A stretch of 64,000 nt of DNA from Auanema rhodensis (taxonomy: Eukaryota; Animalia; Nematoda), in the NCBI GenBank assembly GCA_964057225.1, contig OZ059896.1:9610001-9674000 (forward strand). Reading direction: 5' to 3'. Positions 1-15,089 of this stretch are shown piece by piece. The notes beneath the pieces were generated by a model. The model worked only from the letters and a program-made list of their open reading frames with translations. It made no database searches and was not told the origin of the DNA. Position 1 is the stretch's first letter. The number at the start of each line of letters is the position of its first letter. The position numbers and the translations under genes were made by a program.

Positions 1-2660
1 GATTTCAGCTGCGTTGATAATAGTTAGAACACAATGATGAATGAGTTTTCAAATGAAATTTGAAACAAATCTTTTTTTCTTTTATATAATTAATGAAGCA
101 TATGTATGATGCTATTTCATTAGCATACTTTTTTTTTCAAACTGATCACTTTATCCTAAATATACGGTTCTTTGTTGCGTACTCTGGGACCTCATGTGAT
201 GTTCCTATTTGACAGATAAAGTTCAAAAGTTTAATGTTTAAGCTGTCACTAACATTTTCTTCACGCTCTTTTATTTTTTTTTGTAGCCTTTTAACATTAT
301 CCGCCTTATAGTGCATTCATGACTATATATGGTTTGCTTCTGTTAATGCGAAATTGGAGGAGCTGTTGATTCTGAAAGCAACTACACGGCTCTTACAATC
401 TTCAAATATAAAACGAGCAAGGTGATAAATAAACCCACGCAAAATTATTAGCATATAGATGATTCATTGACGTTTGTAAGGTTATTTATGTACATTATGC
501 TAATTTTATCATATTGTATAGCTTCCTTATTTAAGATATTCTTTTGCATTTAATTTTTTTCTATTTCACTTTTGTGATATAAAAAGTGTGAATCATAGTT
601 GCACTTCACATTAAATTTGCTTTATTGTTTTCTCATGATACTTTTTCGTTTGACTTATCTATGGTTTTAACTTTCTATGTTAGGAAAACATAATCATTAT
701 GCGGTTTCTTCTTGTTTATTGCCTGTTACTCGTTTTTTTTATTTTTCCCAATGATAACTATATTATCAATAACAATGACATTTGTGCATATTGATACTTA
801 TTTTACTTACTATTTTTGTGCTCATTTATATTATTTATGTATTCATGACATACAGCTACCATTTTTTATCAGTACCATCCGATTTTCTATGCTCGCACTG
901 ACAATATGTTACAAATTGTTGTTTTTAAATTATGTTCTGAGTGTTTTTTTTGTTACGTCAATATTACAATTTCGCAGTGTTTCTTCTGTTTTATAATTTT
1001 TAAAAATTCTGCATCTATATCTATACGTATTGATGAAATTACAGTTTATCTGAATGATTATGTTTTCCAGATGATTTTATCTTTTAGTATCACTTTTTAA
1101 AAACTGAAATTTGGTTTCTTACTTCCTATCTTTCACATTTTCTTTTCTATAATTGTTTTGTTTGTTTCTTTTCATTTGCCGCCAGGCTACATCTACCTTT
1201 TTTACGAGAACACAAACGTAGTTGTGTAAAAAGTTGTGCGTAGATTTTAGCAAAATTTTATTTAAATGCTATATTTGTGAATATGCTGGAGAATGTATTC
1301 GTAGGCTTCGTTTTCAATGATGTTCTTGAAGCAAGACCAGCTGCTTCTAGTCATAGTCGCCAGCTCAAGAAAGAAAATTCTGGTTGCCTAATTCTAGTCA
1401 ATATTGCAGGATATGCTAATGATATATTATTTCTTGAAATAACATTTTTCTAGCCCATAGATAACATTAAGCTTTAAGTGACAATCCGTTATTTCAACAA
1501 TGGCCTTATATTCACTATTTTATAATAAGAAGATAAACCAAAATAGTTGTAATTGCATGTTTATTGATTATCTTTCAATAAAAATGAAAGATTGAATTAT
1601 GCGTTATGTTCTATGCCCTTATATGCTAGAATAAAATATTGCTCCCCCTCCTTTATCTGAATCATATCACTCAAAGAACAGTTTGTCTACTACCCGTTTT
1701 AATCTGTTGTTTTGAAGTCGTGCCACAAATATGTAGGATTTGCCTGGAATTATTTTTCAGATATAGATTGACAGTTTTGGTCATATAGAATATGCCGATT
1801 TCAAGGTTATATGCCCGACTTCGTAAACCCTATGCTCACCTTTTCACTGGATTAGTATTCCTCTTCTCAATGGAAATAACCATTAGGTTGATTTTATTGA
1901 GTTTTATATCCTGTATATGATTTGTTGCCACGACCACATAGCATTGCAACATAATAACGCATATATATATGTGGGCTTGGCAATATGAAATCAAAGTAAT
2001 TCCAATTCCCCTCTATCTACTAACGTCATGAAAACTTATAGCTTTCAGTCGTTTCATCGCCGAATTATAAAAAATGCTCATCCATTCGTGAAATCACATG
2101 AGCTAGACAGTCATAGTATTGAATATGATCACAAAGTTCATGTCAGATCTTTTTATGTAGTTTACTTGATATTTTCTCATTTCACTTGTCAAACCTGAAT
2201 AAAACTTTAATTCATTATAAGTTATTACTTTTGCGTTTTTCTCATCAGCTTTTCTACCAACCTTTGCTTTATTGATTTCTCAAGTTTCATTGTGGCTCGC
2301 TCACTAAATTATTCGAATTACTTCAATTATTATATTATATATAGAAATCTTAGTATACAGGCATATATATTTATATATGAAACAAAGTACTTCAAAAAGT
2401 CACACGTATAATAGTGCTACTCCCTCGTTTATTCTCTCATAATACCCACACTTAGGTTTCCTACTATTTTATGATGCCGAAATGGTTTTTATGAAACAGT
2501 ATCATATTGTCATTGTGAATTTTTGTCATATTTGAATCAATTCTTTCTCATACATTTCGTGTTTCACAGTTTTTTTTTTCAATTTTTGTATGATTCGTGA
2601 TAGCTATTACTAACTTGTTTCTATAATATTATTGTTATTGACAATCACTTTTATAGAATT

Positions 2661-4719
<2,059 letters not shown>

Positions 4720-5466
4720 ACAAAGATAAATTCATTTCTTTTTCCACAAAACTTTAGAGCTGCTTGTTTTTGTATTTTCAATTTTTTATGGACAAAAGTG
4801 ATATGAAGCACAACGAGAAGTTTTTTGCATATCCACTTACGGAACATAACATTAGAATGCGTATATCTAAATACATTTTGATAAAAAAATCCTTAAAAAA
4901 ATAATAAATTGGAGGCGTTGAAATTATGACTCTTATATCAGCTTTCCGCTTTTTGAAATATTCATTGAAAATTTCAATTTTAAAACAATAATTATTGAGA
5001 AAATGCCTACATTCCTTCTCAATGTTCTTCAATCTGTGTGTAATATTTGATTAATTTCATTGTAATTCCATTGTTAAGTGTAGAGTATTGTATAAATTGC
5101 TTTCATTTGATACCCTAAAAATTGAAAAATTGGAATAAAATTGTATTTTACAAAAAAATAATAATAGAAAATAGCTAACCCGTTTTTGAACCTACATATT
5201 TATATATGTATGTATATAACCTTGCTTAATAATATTATATGAGACACGAAAGGTATAAGGCTTGTACGAATACTTATAGTATATATAGGCTTAAGTGAAG
5301 ATCAGAGTGATGAATATTGTAAAACAAAAAGAATCATAATGATCGCCATAAATGTCTTAACGCATCAAAGACATATAACAATGACCTGAACAACCACATT
5401 TTCATAACAATTGATAAAATAAAATTGCGTAAAAATAAAATACTAAAAACAATCAGCAAGACAAGC

Positions 5467-6436
5467 TTACTCAGCTACTTGTTCATCCCAAAATGGCCAT
5501 TGATTTGTTTGTAACCATAAAGGAGATTCATCGGGAATTTTTCCACAATGGAATCGACGAATAGTCAACGAATAGAATTCTCTAAAACAAAAAAGAAAAA
5601 TCAAACATTTCTCTTATTTTCTATGAAAAATACTAAAAAGAAAATTTAATAACAAACCCCTTTGTATCTTTAGATTGTTTCATGTTTGTGATAATATCAA
5701 ATGAGATTACATCTTCATCATTTGAATCCAGCTTCTCTTCACCTTCATAGAATTCTCCGCGTCTTACCATAACATTATCATAAACTATTTCGCTATATTT
5801 TTCCAGTAAATCATATTGACAGCATTGTAAAGAAATTCTGAAAAATAAAAAAGAAAATGAACAAGCGTTACATCACAAGTTTTTGTCTATTTAAAATAGT
5901 ATAAAGTACTTTGTATAGTCATGAATACTTAATGAAATGTCAACATTAATGAACATACTCGCGCATTCGCTTTATCCTCCCTCCTTTACTATTTATGTAT
6001 AATATATCGTTTTCTGTTTCAACATCAAAAATCAACTTACTGTCCATCCACTGTCTTCTGAAGGCCACCAACCCATGTATTATTACCAACGCAACTATCT
6101 GATTCTGGTCGTTCAGGACATTCCTAAGTTGGTATTAAATCAATATATTAATATTTAGAGTCATATTTTAATTCAGTTTAGATTAAATTTAAGATTAAAT
6201 TAAAATTTTTAAAATTATGGTTACATCTATACAACTTACAGCATATTTTTTTTCATGACAATTTGGCTTAGAACATAATAAAGTTAGATGACCATCACGA
6301 TGAACCTAAGCAGTACTTAATAAATAAATAAATAATAATTGATTTTTACCTCTAAACCATAAGGAATTTTATTATTTCCACAAAATTCAGAATAGGCTAT
6401 AGAAAATAAGTTGAGACATATAATAAGGAAATACAT
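5467..6436 (-). CDS. wrt-10: Secreted hedgehog-related warthog-domain protein without a Hint domain (wrt-10-like), 5 exons
   Basis: Signal peptide MYFLIICLNLFSIAYS, then EFCGNNKIPYGLEVHRDGHLTLLCSKPNCHEK...ECPERPES..C..TWVGGLQKT...LQCCQYD...VRRGEFYEGEEK...FHCGKIPD..P.W....QWPFW. TTTCAG lies immediately before the ATG. Confidence 0.88.
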
Positions 6437-9400
6437 CTGAAATATAAATTTTCGCTTCAAATAGAAAAGAAAATAGAAAATATTAATGTTGATAAATGTC
6501 ACAGTATTAAGAAATTTGTATTTATATATTAAAAATTATAAAATAAAAATAAACAAGATATAGATTTGATAAAATATCAGACAAGACTTTTCATTTCTTC
6601 TTGTAAAATAGAACGAACCGGTTGTATCAATTGACGAATTTAGCAAGAAATATTATATAATAGCATTTTACTAAATATTTAAGCAACGGTATTGATTTAT
6701 TGAATAACTTGCCAATGTATGACATTTCTATTTTGATATAGTTTTTAGAAGAAAATGATATATGGGTAAAGAAATAGATTATAGAAGAATGTACAAACAT
6801 TGATTATAGTAAAAAGATAAAGAAGCCAATATAGCAATATAAGAATAGTAAATATAGAGTAGAATATGAAAATAATATTAAATATACTATGTGAAAATCA
6901 ATGAATATTGATTTGACTATTAAATATAAAACAAAGATAGAATTTACTTCCTAATAGAAAATGCTCGTTGGTGTTGGACTTGAGTAAGAATGAACAAAAA
7001 AAAAGGAAAACTTGAATAAAGAAGATTCATAGAGTGAGGGTGGATAGTCTCAGAAATGTCTCTAACTCCATTCGTTTCTCTTTTCATGGCGTTATAGAGG
7101 AAATGTATCATATTCTCTATTTCACATGAATGAGGTTCAATATTAAAGAGTCAAGAATTGTCCTTAAGAAACCACATACCACCATAAGGATGTAGTTTGT
7201 CTAATAGCGTTGAAAAACGAAAAAATGACAGAAATAGTCCTCTCATTCAATTCTTTCACGATTTCAGAAGACATTTGCTCATTGATACGTAATATGGGTA
7301 TGTTTTCGGCTATTATGATGAATCAGTAACGTATCAAATATAAATATCGTTGAAAAAAATTGAGAAATATATTAAAGTTTCCTGTTTAAAAGTTTTAGAA
7401 AAAAGAAATTGTGTTTAGTATACGAAAAACAATTTAATTTTATACATTTTGCAATAAATTCCAAGACGTAACAGAACCAAATTAACCAAATAATTAAATA
7501 AAAACCTATCAAAATTAGTAGGTTTGTTAATTATGCAAAAAAAATATTTTTATTAGGATAAGCTGAAAAAAACGTAAAATAGCGAGAAAATACATAAAAA
7601 GTAGGCCTTGAAGTGGGATGAAAGAAGACAAAAAGAAGATTCATAATCTGGAAACTAAGGAAATGATCGTAGCATACAGAGGGGGGGTTCGATTTGTAAG
7701 ATAGAAATGATGCGATGAAGTGAGAATGAAAATCATCAGATAAATGAGAAAAACACAAATTCAGAAACAGATAGAGGAATAACGAGAGAGAGAGAGAGAG
7801 AATTGGAAAGACGAATTAATAGGAAAAAGACAAAGAGGGGTCTAGGACAGAAAAGAGAAATCAACTTAAAAATGGTTAGTTAATTGGAACACCATCTCTA
7901 ACTGGCTTCCATAAATACAAAAAGGATAGAAAAGGAGAAAGAACAGATTGGTTCACATATTGTCTATTTGAAAACATGAAAAGAGGATTTAGGATATGGT
8001 TTTAGTATATATACTATATTGTATTTGTTTGTTCTTTATGAATAGATTATACTATTAGATGTACATGAATCGATTTACACATTTTTATTTAAATAATAAA
8101 CAAATGAGCTTTATGATTATATTAATAGAGAAAGGATTTTCATCTTTTAAAATCAAAATATTCATTATATGAATGTTATAAACTGTATAAACTGTATAAA
8201 CTTATAATTGAAGCAACAAAAAAAATAATTAAACCTTTATATTATATATTTTTCTTTATAATGATGTTCTCATGAAATTTATATATTATAATTATATTGC
8301 ATTTGAGAGTATTATTACTTATATACACTTTAAAAACCAGTTCTAACGATGATCCAGTATACTGAAGAGTTCATCTGATTATAAAAACATGAGAGACAAA
8401 TTTTATAGATTTTAAACAAAAAAAAACCATAATAAACTAAAAAAATTGTCTGATTGAATTTGTTTAGTCACTTCAAATACATGAAATGCTATTGATCTTC
8501 ACGAAAAAAAAAATAATTGAGGAAACAATCAAGATAGTAAATAGAAACAATGTGAATTCAATACGTAATCATTTGTGACTGAAGAATGTTGAGTTTTCAA
8601 TCAAAATCGACAAGCTAAAGACTTGTAACGACGGACATTATTGTCAGAGCTTGTATGTCGAAATTTAGAGCAAATATTAGCAAAGAATAGTTGACATACA
8701 TATGCATCGTAGAAGATGAAGAGAGAAAACGAGAAGTTAGAACTGACATGTATGCACATAGCAGCATACCTTTTCAAAAACCAAGGTTCTCTATTATTAC
8801 CTAACTTATATATACAAACATACTTCTCATAACTATCAACAACTCTTTTTCCATTCTAAAATCTTTTTTTTTCTTTTTTTTTTGTTTCTTTAAAATTGTC
8901 TATCCTATAGTTGATTATCCTGCTAAATGCTTCCTAACAAAATATAACATCCAAATAATGAAGGCATTTAAACCAATACATTAAGATTAATTGATATTAG
9001 AAAATGGTCTATATGTATCCTTGCAAAATCTGAAAAAAAAATATATTTACAAAAATAATATTATAAATAGAAAAAATAATATATTATAGAAATTATTCTT
9101 TTTTTTTTTAATTCACTATAAACACAAAGATCATGACGCTAACTTTTGTTCTTGCTCAATGTGAAGCGAGCAAATGTTATTATATAAATCAATATAATTT
9201 CTATAATAATCAATGTTATCATATGAAACTTTTAATTTTCTTATACGTTCATAATCTTTCATTATTTCTTACACTTTTCTAGTTGTACCTTATTCAATAT
9301 ATGAGCTTATTAATCTTTTTATTTTAATATATACTATATGTATAATATATATATTCATGTATATGTATTATAAACAATAATAATAAGTGAAAATTATAAT

Positions 9401-12400
9401 AATTTTAATCTATTCTTTTATCATATAATATATATTATAACATAGTTTTGTATTTTGCATTTTTCCCCCAAGTACTGATTTAATTTTGCAATTTTTCTTC
9501 CCATCACATTGTGCATTGAAGCATAATTTGATGCACGAAAGAACTATTGCAAAACAACAGCCTTTACAAAGACTAATCACTTTTTATCTTATGATTTTTA
9601 TGAAAAAAAAAAGACAAGATATCAAGTAGTATTCTTGTTATGTTTTTTATTATAATTTTCTTATAAATTCATTTATATTATATAAAAATATAACAAAAAA
9701 TTTGTTCTATATCGTAGATCAAAAAGTAAATTATATGTTCTGTCAGTTTTTCAATTATATAGTTATGCATACATGTATATAATTAAAAACCTTTTTTTTT
9801 CTAATATTTATACAAGGTATTATGTAGTTATAATATTATTTGCAAGTATTTTTCAATGATATCTTGAAATCACTTGTGTTCACATTGTATTTTTCTACAA
9901 ATTATTTCCTTCTCTATTTTTTTTCGTTCAAATTTCCCTTTTTTAATTTTAATTTGGGTTTTCTAAGAGATCTCTCTTTTCTTTTCCAAAACCACGTCAA
10001 CTTTGCCTCTTTTCGTTTGTTGCTCATCTCACGCTGTTGTGCTTTTTCCCTCGCATGCTTTTGAATTTGGTTTTGCTTTTATCTATCTTGATTCTAGATG
10101 CAAAAATTGTCAACGTCGCCATCGTTTTCGTTGTCGAGTCTCGACAACCATGGCCTATGAGAGCAGATGTGAAACCATATATATATATAAATATAAATTC
10201 CAAAAGTAAAAAGAAAATTTCTTTATTGCATATGGGCTTTATAATTATATTTCTTAATTTTTCTCATGAGTAAAAGTTCATTGTATTTTGAAAAAGTTTC
10301 AGTGAGATTTCAGCAGGCCCTCTTCAAAATTTACCACACAACTATCTTTTTATTTCCTTTTACTTTTCTTTCTCTTTTCTTAAAAATATAATATATGTTT
10401 AAGCATAATATTTTTCTTGCAAAAATAATAAACTATGCAGAAATATGTTCGATCAAATCTCCTTTTTTGTCTCATTTTGTCGCTTGTTAATGTCTAATTA
10501 ACAAGCTTCATTTACACATCTAGACAATATATATGCATGCCCTTCATTTTCTTTCGTAGCATCTTCTCATTCCCCACCTTTTTCTTTTTTTTCTTTTTCT
10601 TTTTTTTAAATATATATGTGTTCAATGTATTTCTTTCATCAAACAATAATTTTTTTGCATATAGTCCACATAGATAAACTGTTTCTGCTTAATACTCTTT
10701 TTTGATTTTTGACAGTAGAGCAAAATTAATTTCCTCAATGCAACTTTCTCTCTTTTCAAACATCTACATTGTTTTTTCTGCTTACCTGTTTGGAAGTTTA
10801 GTGGGTGGAGTGGTTTAAAAAAACACTGTCGAAAACAAGCCTTGTCGTGATGGCTGAATACATTGCTATGTTCATGGGCTTCTCTCTCTCTCTCTTTCTG
10901 TCTTTCTCGCTCTTTTACTCCATTCTGCCTCTTCATTTCTTTTTCTCTCTTCTGTCTATTCTCTCCTCCTATTTTCTTCATTTTACTTTTGTTGCTAAAA
11001 GGTTCATGCTTTTTCTAGTTTTACTTGTAATAATTAGTAACATATACTTATACAAATGAATATTGAATTACAAATATCATAGATATTATTAAATTTTTTT
11101 TTGGATTTTGTTTAAAAACCATTTGAAACTGTCTTCTGTTATAGTTCAGAACCAAATTCATACATATATCTATCGGATTATGCTGTAAAAAGCGACATTG
11201 AGCGAACAAATGAAATTTTTTGTTATAGATATTGATATATGACAAGAAGTTAATACCAATATTCTTTAATATATCTATTTAATATTTGTATATATTGTAT
11301 TCTCTTTATTACTATGCAATTGTAATTTGTTAATATATAAAGGAAATTGCTTTGTTTTATAATTAAAGTTTATTAGTTCCGCCATTGTCAGATTTTTTCG
11401 TTCATTTCGCTATCCATCTATTTCTGTTTCGTTGACATTTTTAAGTATTCATGGACTCATAACAGTCTTTTTTTCAAAAAAAAAACATTTATTCATTCTT
11501 CTTTCAATGTTGATAATTTATTATTTGTTGCATATCGTTATCTAACTTCTCATATTAATAATATAATCGAAAACATATAAATCGTGTACACAGTATTTCC
11601 CTATACTAGTTCGCCCCCTTTCTATCCGTCTTTGTTTCTCTATCTCTCTCACCCAATCTATCTCTTCATCTCTCTCTATCTCTTTGCAGCTCATTCACTT
11701 CCCCCCCCCCTTTTCCACTTTTTTCCTGATAACCCTCGTGTTCTCAATTTCTCATTCCATGTTTGTGTGAATCTCTTTCAGAAAAAAACGAAAACCGAGA
11801 GCATAAAACCAAAAAACTGAACTAAACATCCATTTAAGAATTAAGCTCTAAGTATTATAGTTGAATTTTTTTTCTCAAACATCGTCTTGCTCATTAATGC
11901 TTTGGAGCTATTCACTGCATTTTTCTGCATATCTTTTATGAAAAAACAACAAATTAATTCCAATTTTTAACAATAGCTAGCATGTTTCCAAATATTACAG
12001 TTGTTTTTCAATATATATTTTTGCTTCAGAAGACTGTGAAACAGAACAGAAATATTTTTTCATATTTTGCAAAGCTCAATCGTCAATCATTCTTATTGAA
12101 TTTTTACTATTTTTTATTATAACATTTATTTTATTTATGATATTGATGATTACTGCTTAAAGATTGTGATAAATCTTGATTGTTCCCTTTGGAAACATTT
12201 TTTAAAAAATATTTCATATACTTTTAACAAAAATAGAAAAATTCAATGGAAATATGTTTTTGAACAATTATGATATATAATACAATCTTAAGTTATTTTT
12301 ATTTTTTCTATTCAATTATTTTTGTTACTTTCGTGTTGGAAACAGCCATTTTCACGAATCAGGCGAAACATTCAAATTTTTTAAAAGCAAACAGATCAAG

Positions 12401-15045
12401 CGACTTTGTCAAAAAAATTAAGAGCAAATGTGATTCAACAACTGCTGCTATTCAACGATCACAATACTCTTCTGAAGTTTTTTTTGGAAATATTCTAGTA
12501 TTATCCTGGCTATTCAATCTCATGTACAAGCTGTTAGCAACTTAACGATTAGTTATATATTTTATTTGAGGACTCTGAACATGATATTATATCAATATTC
12601 AATATTCAACAATGTTTTTTTTATACATTTAAGTGCATTTTTATATTTTTTGCCATATGTATTATACTCTTCACCACTTTGTAGTCAGAAAAAAAAATTA
12701 AATTTCAATATTCTAAAGCTGTTTATCTATTTGATCTTCTTCCTATTCTTACATACTACAGCATGAACTATGCCATTTCTATATGTATGCCTGTTGATAC
12801 AGGATAATGATAACCTTGACTATGAATGTTTCTGCTCATAAATTGAGATAAAAATACAAAATTTGTGTTTAAGCTGCAACAGTTTCATATTGGAAAATTT
12901 CAAAATACATATAGCTATATATTCTAAGAATATACATATAGTATATAGTAGATATTTATATTATATATGTACATTACATAGATATGTGCATTTTCATATG
13001 TTATTGAGAAACAATGCAAAATTTTTGAAACAAATCCTCAGAAAAACAGTATGCGTTTCTCTGTCCATATTTGTAGTTAGAGCATTGTTAAGATATTTCG
13101 TCAGCAATGTTAAATTATTTTATTTATTTTGAATTTTTATTTAATTTAAAAAAAAAAGATAATATGTAAAATGAACTGAAACGGGTAAATAATATGTTTT
13201 TGTTGTTTCAAATAATAAAAGTACATTCATACACTTTGAATCACACTTCAATCTCATTTAAGAACATTATGAACAAAGTACTTGACATACATAAATACTA
13301 TACATACTTATATAAATAGTATATAAACTAATTATAAATTATTTTAATAATTTATTCTTTTTATTTTTATTTATTTAATAAATATAAAAATACATTTTTG
13401 TATGATTTCACATTATAGACTGTAGTTTACATTTGTATATATGTATATTGGAAAGAATATAAATTATGCAATTTGAATGAATTCAAAGAACTTTTGATTA
13501 AAATTATATAAAGATATATTTATTATAATAATAATTATATATATATATATATATATATATTCTATATGTATACATAAAGTTTTAAATAAAGAAACATCAA
13601 AATCACTTTTAAAGCTAAAATATCCTTCTATTTGTCTGAAATCGTTTATTGTTTTTTTCTTATTTTTAAAAATTTTTCTTTTATTTTTGTTCATTCTTTC
13701 CCTCTCCTTTAGTTCATTCTGTATCCCTATCATCAATTTTTCCTTTTTTTTTTGTTTTTATTTGAAGTCTAGTCACATTGATAGTATTGTATACTAGATG
13801 CTGTCTCTTCTTCTCTTTCGCTCTATATTTCTCCTTTCCTTAAAGTGCTACTACTTTTCTCAATATACCTTCTCTACTATTTACTCCTTTTCTACACTCT
13901 TCGTCTTCTATTTTCTGCCATTCTCGTTCCCTTTCCTCGTTTTCAATCTCCTGTCCAGGCAATAACAGACTCAATAACTCCATACACTGCTTTCTCGTCT
14001 AGCTTCTGTCTCTCTTTTCCATATGCTCCATTTGCATGAATCTCTCTGTCTCTTCGTAGTACCTTGTTTTGCAACACTTCATAACTCCCATTTCTCTATT
14101 TCTTTTCTCTCTCTTTCCTATTTTTTTTCAATTTTTCATGTGCTTGACATGCTCTCAATTTCATCTTTATGCCTTTTCATCGTCATCGTCTTCATTTTTG
14201 TTGCCATTTGTCCTCTTCTTCGTCGTCGTTGTTGCCGCCGTCCTCTTTATCTTTGTCATACTTTCTATCCTCTTTCGTGTTAAAGTATGACAATTTACCC
14301 AAAAAAATATTCTGTATGAAGGTGATTATTTCTCCAGATGCTCTTGCAGATGAAGTTCATATCTTTCTTTCGTTTGTTTCTGGTAATCAGTATATACGTT
14401 TTTTTTTGAGAAACATTGCAAAACAAATTCTGAAAAACCGTGTTAAACATTGAAATTATAAGATATTGTACAATATTTCAAAATTTTTTAATTAATAAAT
14501 TACATTTTACTATTAATACGATATAGTTAGTAAAATATATTTATAAAGTTAGTTTTCATTTCAGCTATACATACTTCTATAAAATTTTTATAGAATTCTT
14601 ATATATTAGTATTCATATATGATTGAAGAACACAATTGATGTTCTGTCTTTATTGTCTTATTCTTATGATAGTTCATACATACATATACATCAATCCTTC
14701 TACCGATAATGAAATTTTGTTCTGAATTTTCATGCTCACCCAATCATTCTTTCTCATATGTATGCTCTATTGGAGATCGAATAGCATAAATTAACTTGGA
14801 ATCTGATAACAAAGTGATCCGATTTTTTTTGGTTTTTCCCCTTTTAGTAATAATCAGGATTGGCAAAAAATAATAATATTATTTCTGCCAAAATTGCAAT
14901 TTCCGGTATATTTATATAGTATATAAGATTCATCAAGTTTTTATCGATGATATTTATTGAAATAAGTTAACTTATTTTTATTATAAGAATATTTCTTAAA
15001 AACTATTTAAAATTTTAAAAAGTTTTATATTATTATATTATTTAG

Positions 15046-15046
<1 letters not shown>

Positions 15047-15087
<41 letters not shown>
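15047..15087. repeat. (TA)n microsatellite
   Basis: Direct reading; similar runs near 13537, 15161, 45001 and 58155. Confidence 0.9.

Positions 15088-15089
<2 letters not shown>

Noticed and set aside
712-1453. Short ORFs upstream of the choline kinase, including MLENVFVGF... (1283-1453)
   Set aside because: No recognisable homology, and no donor in the phase needed to join the kinase.
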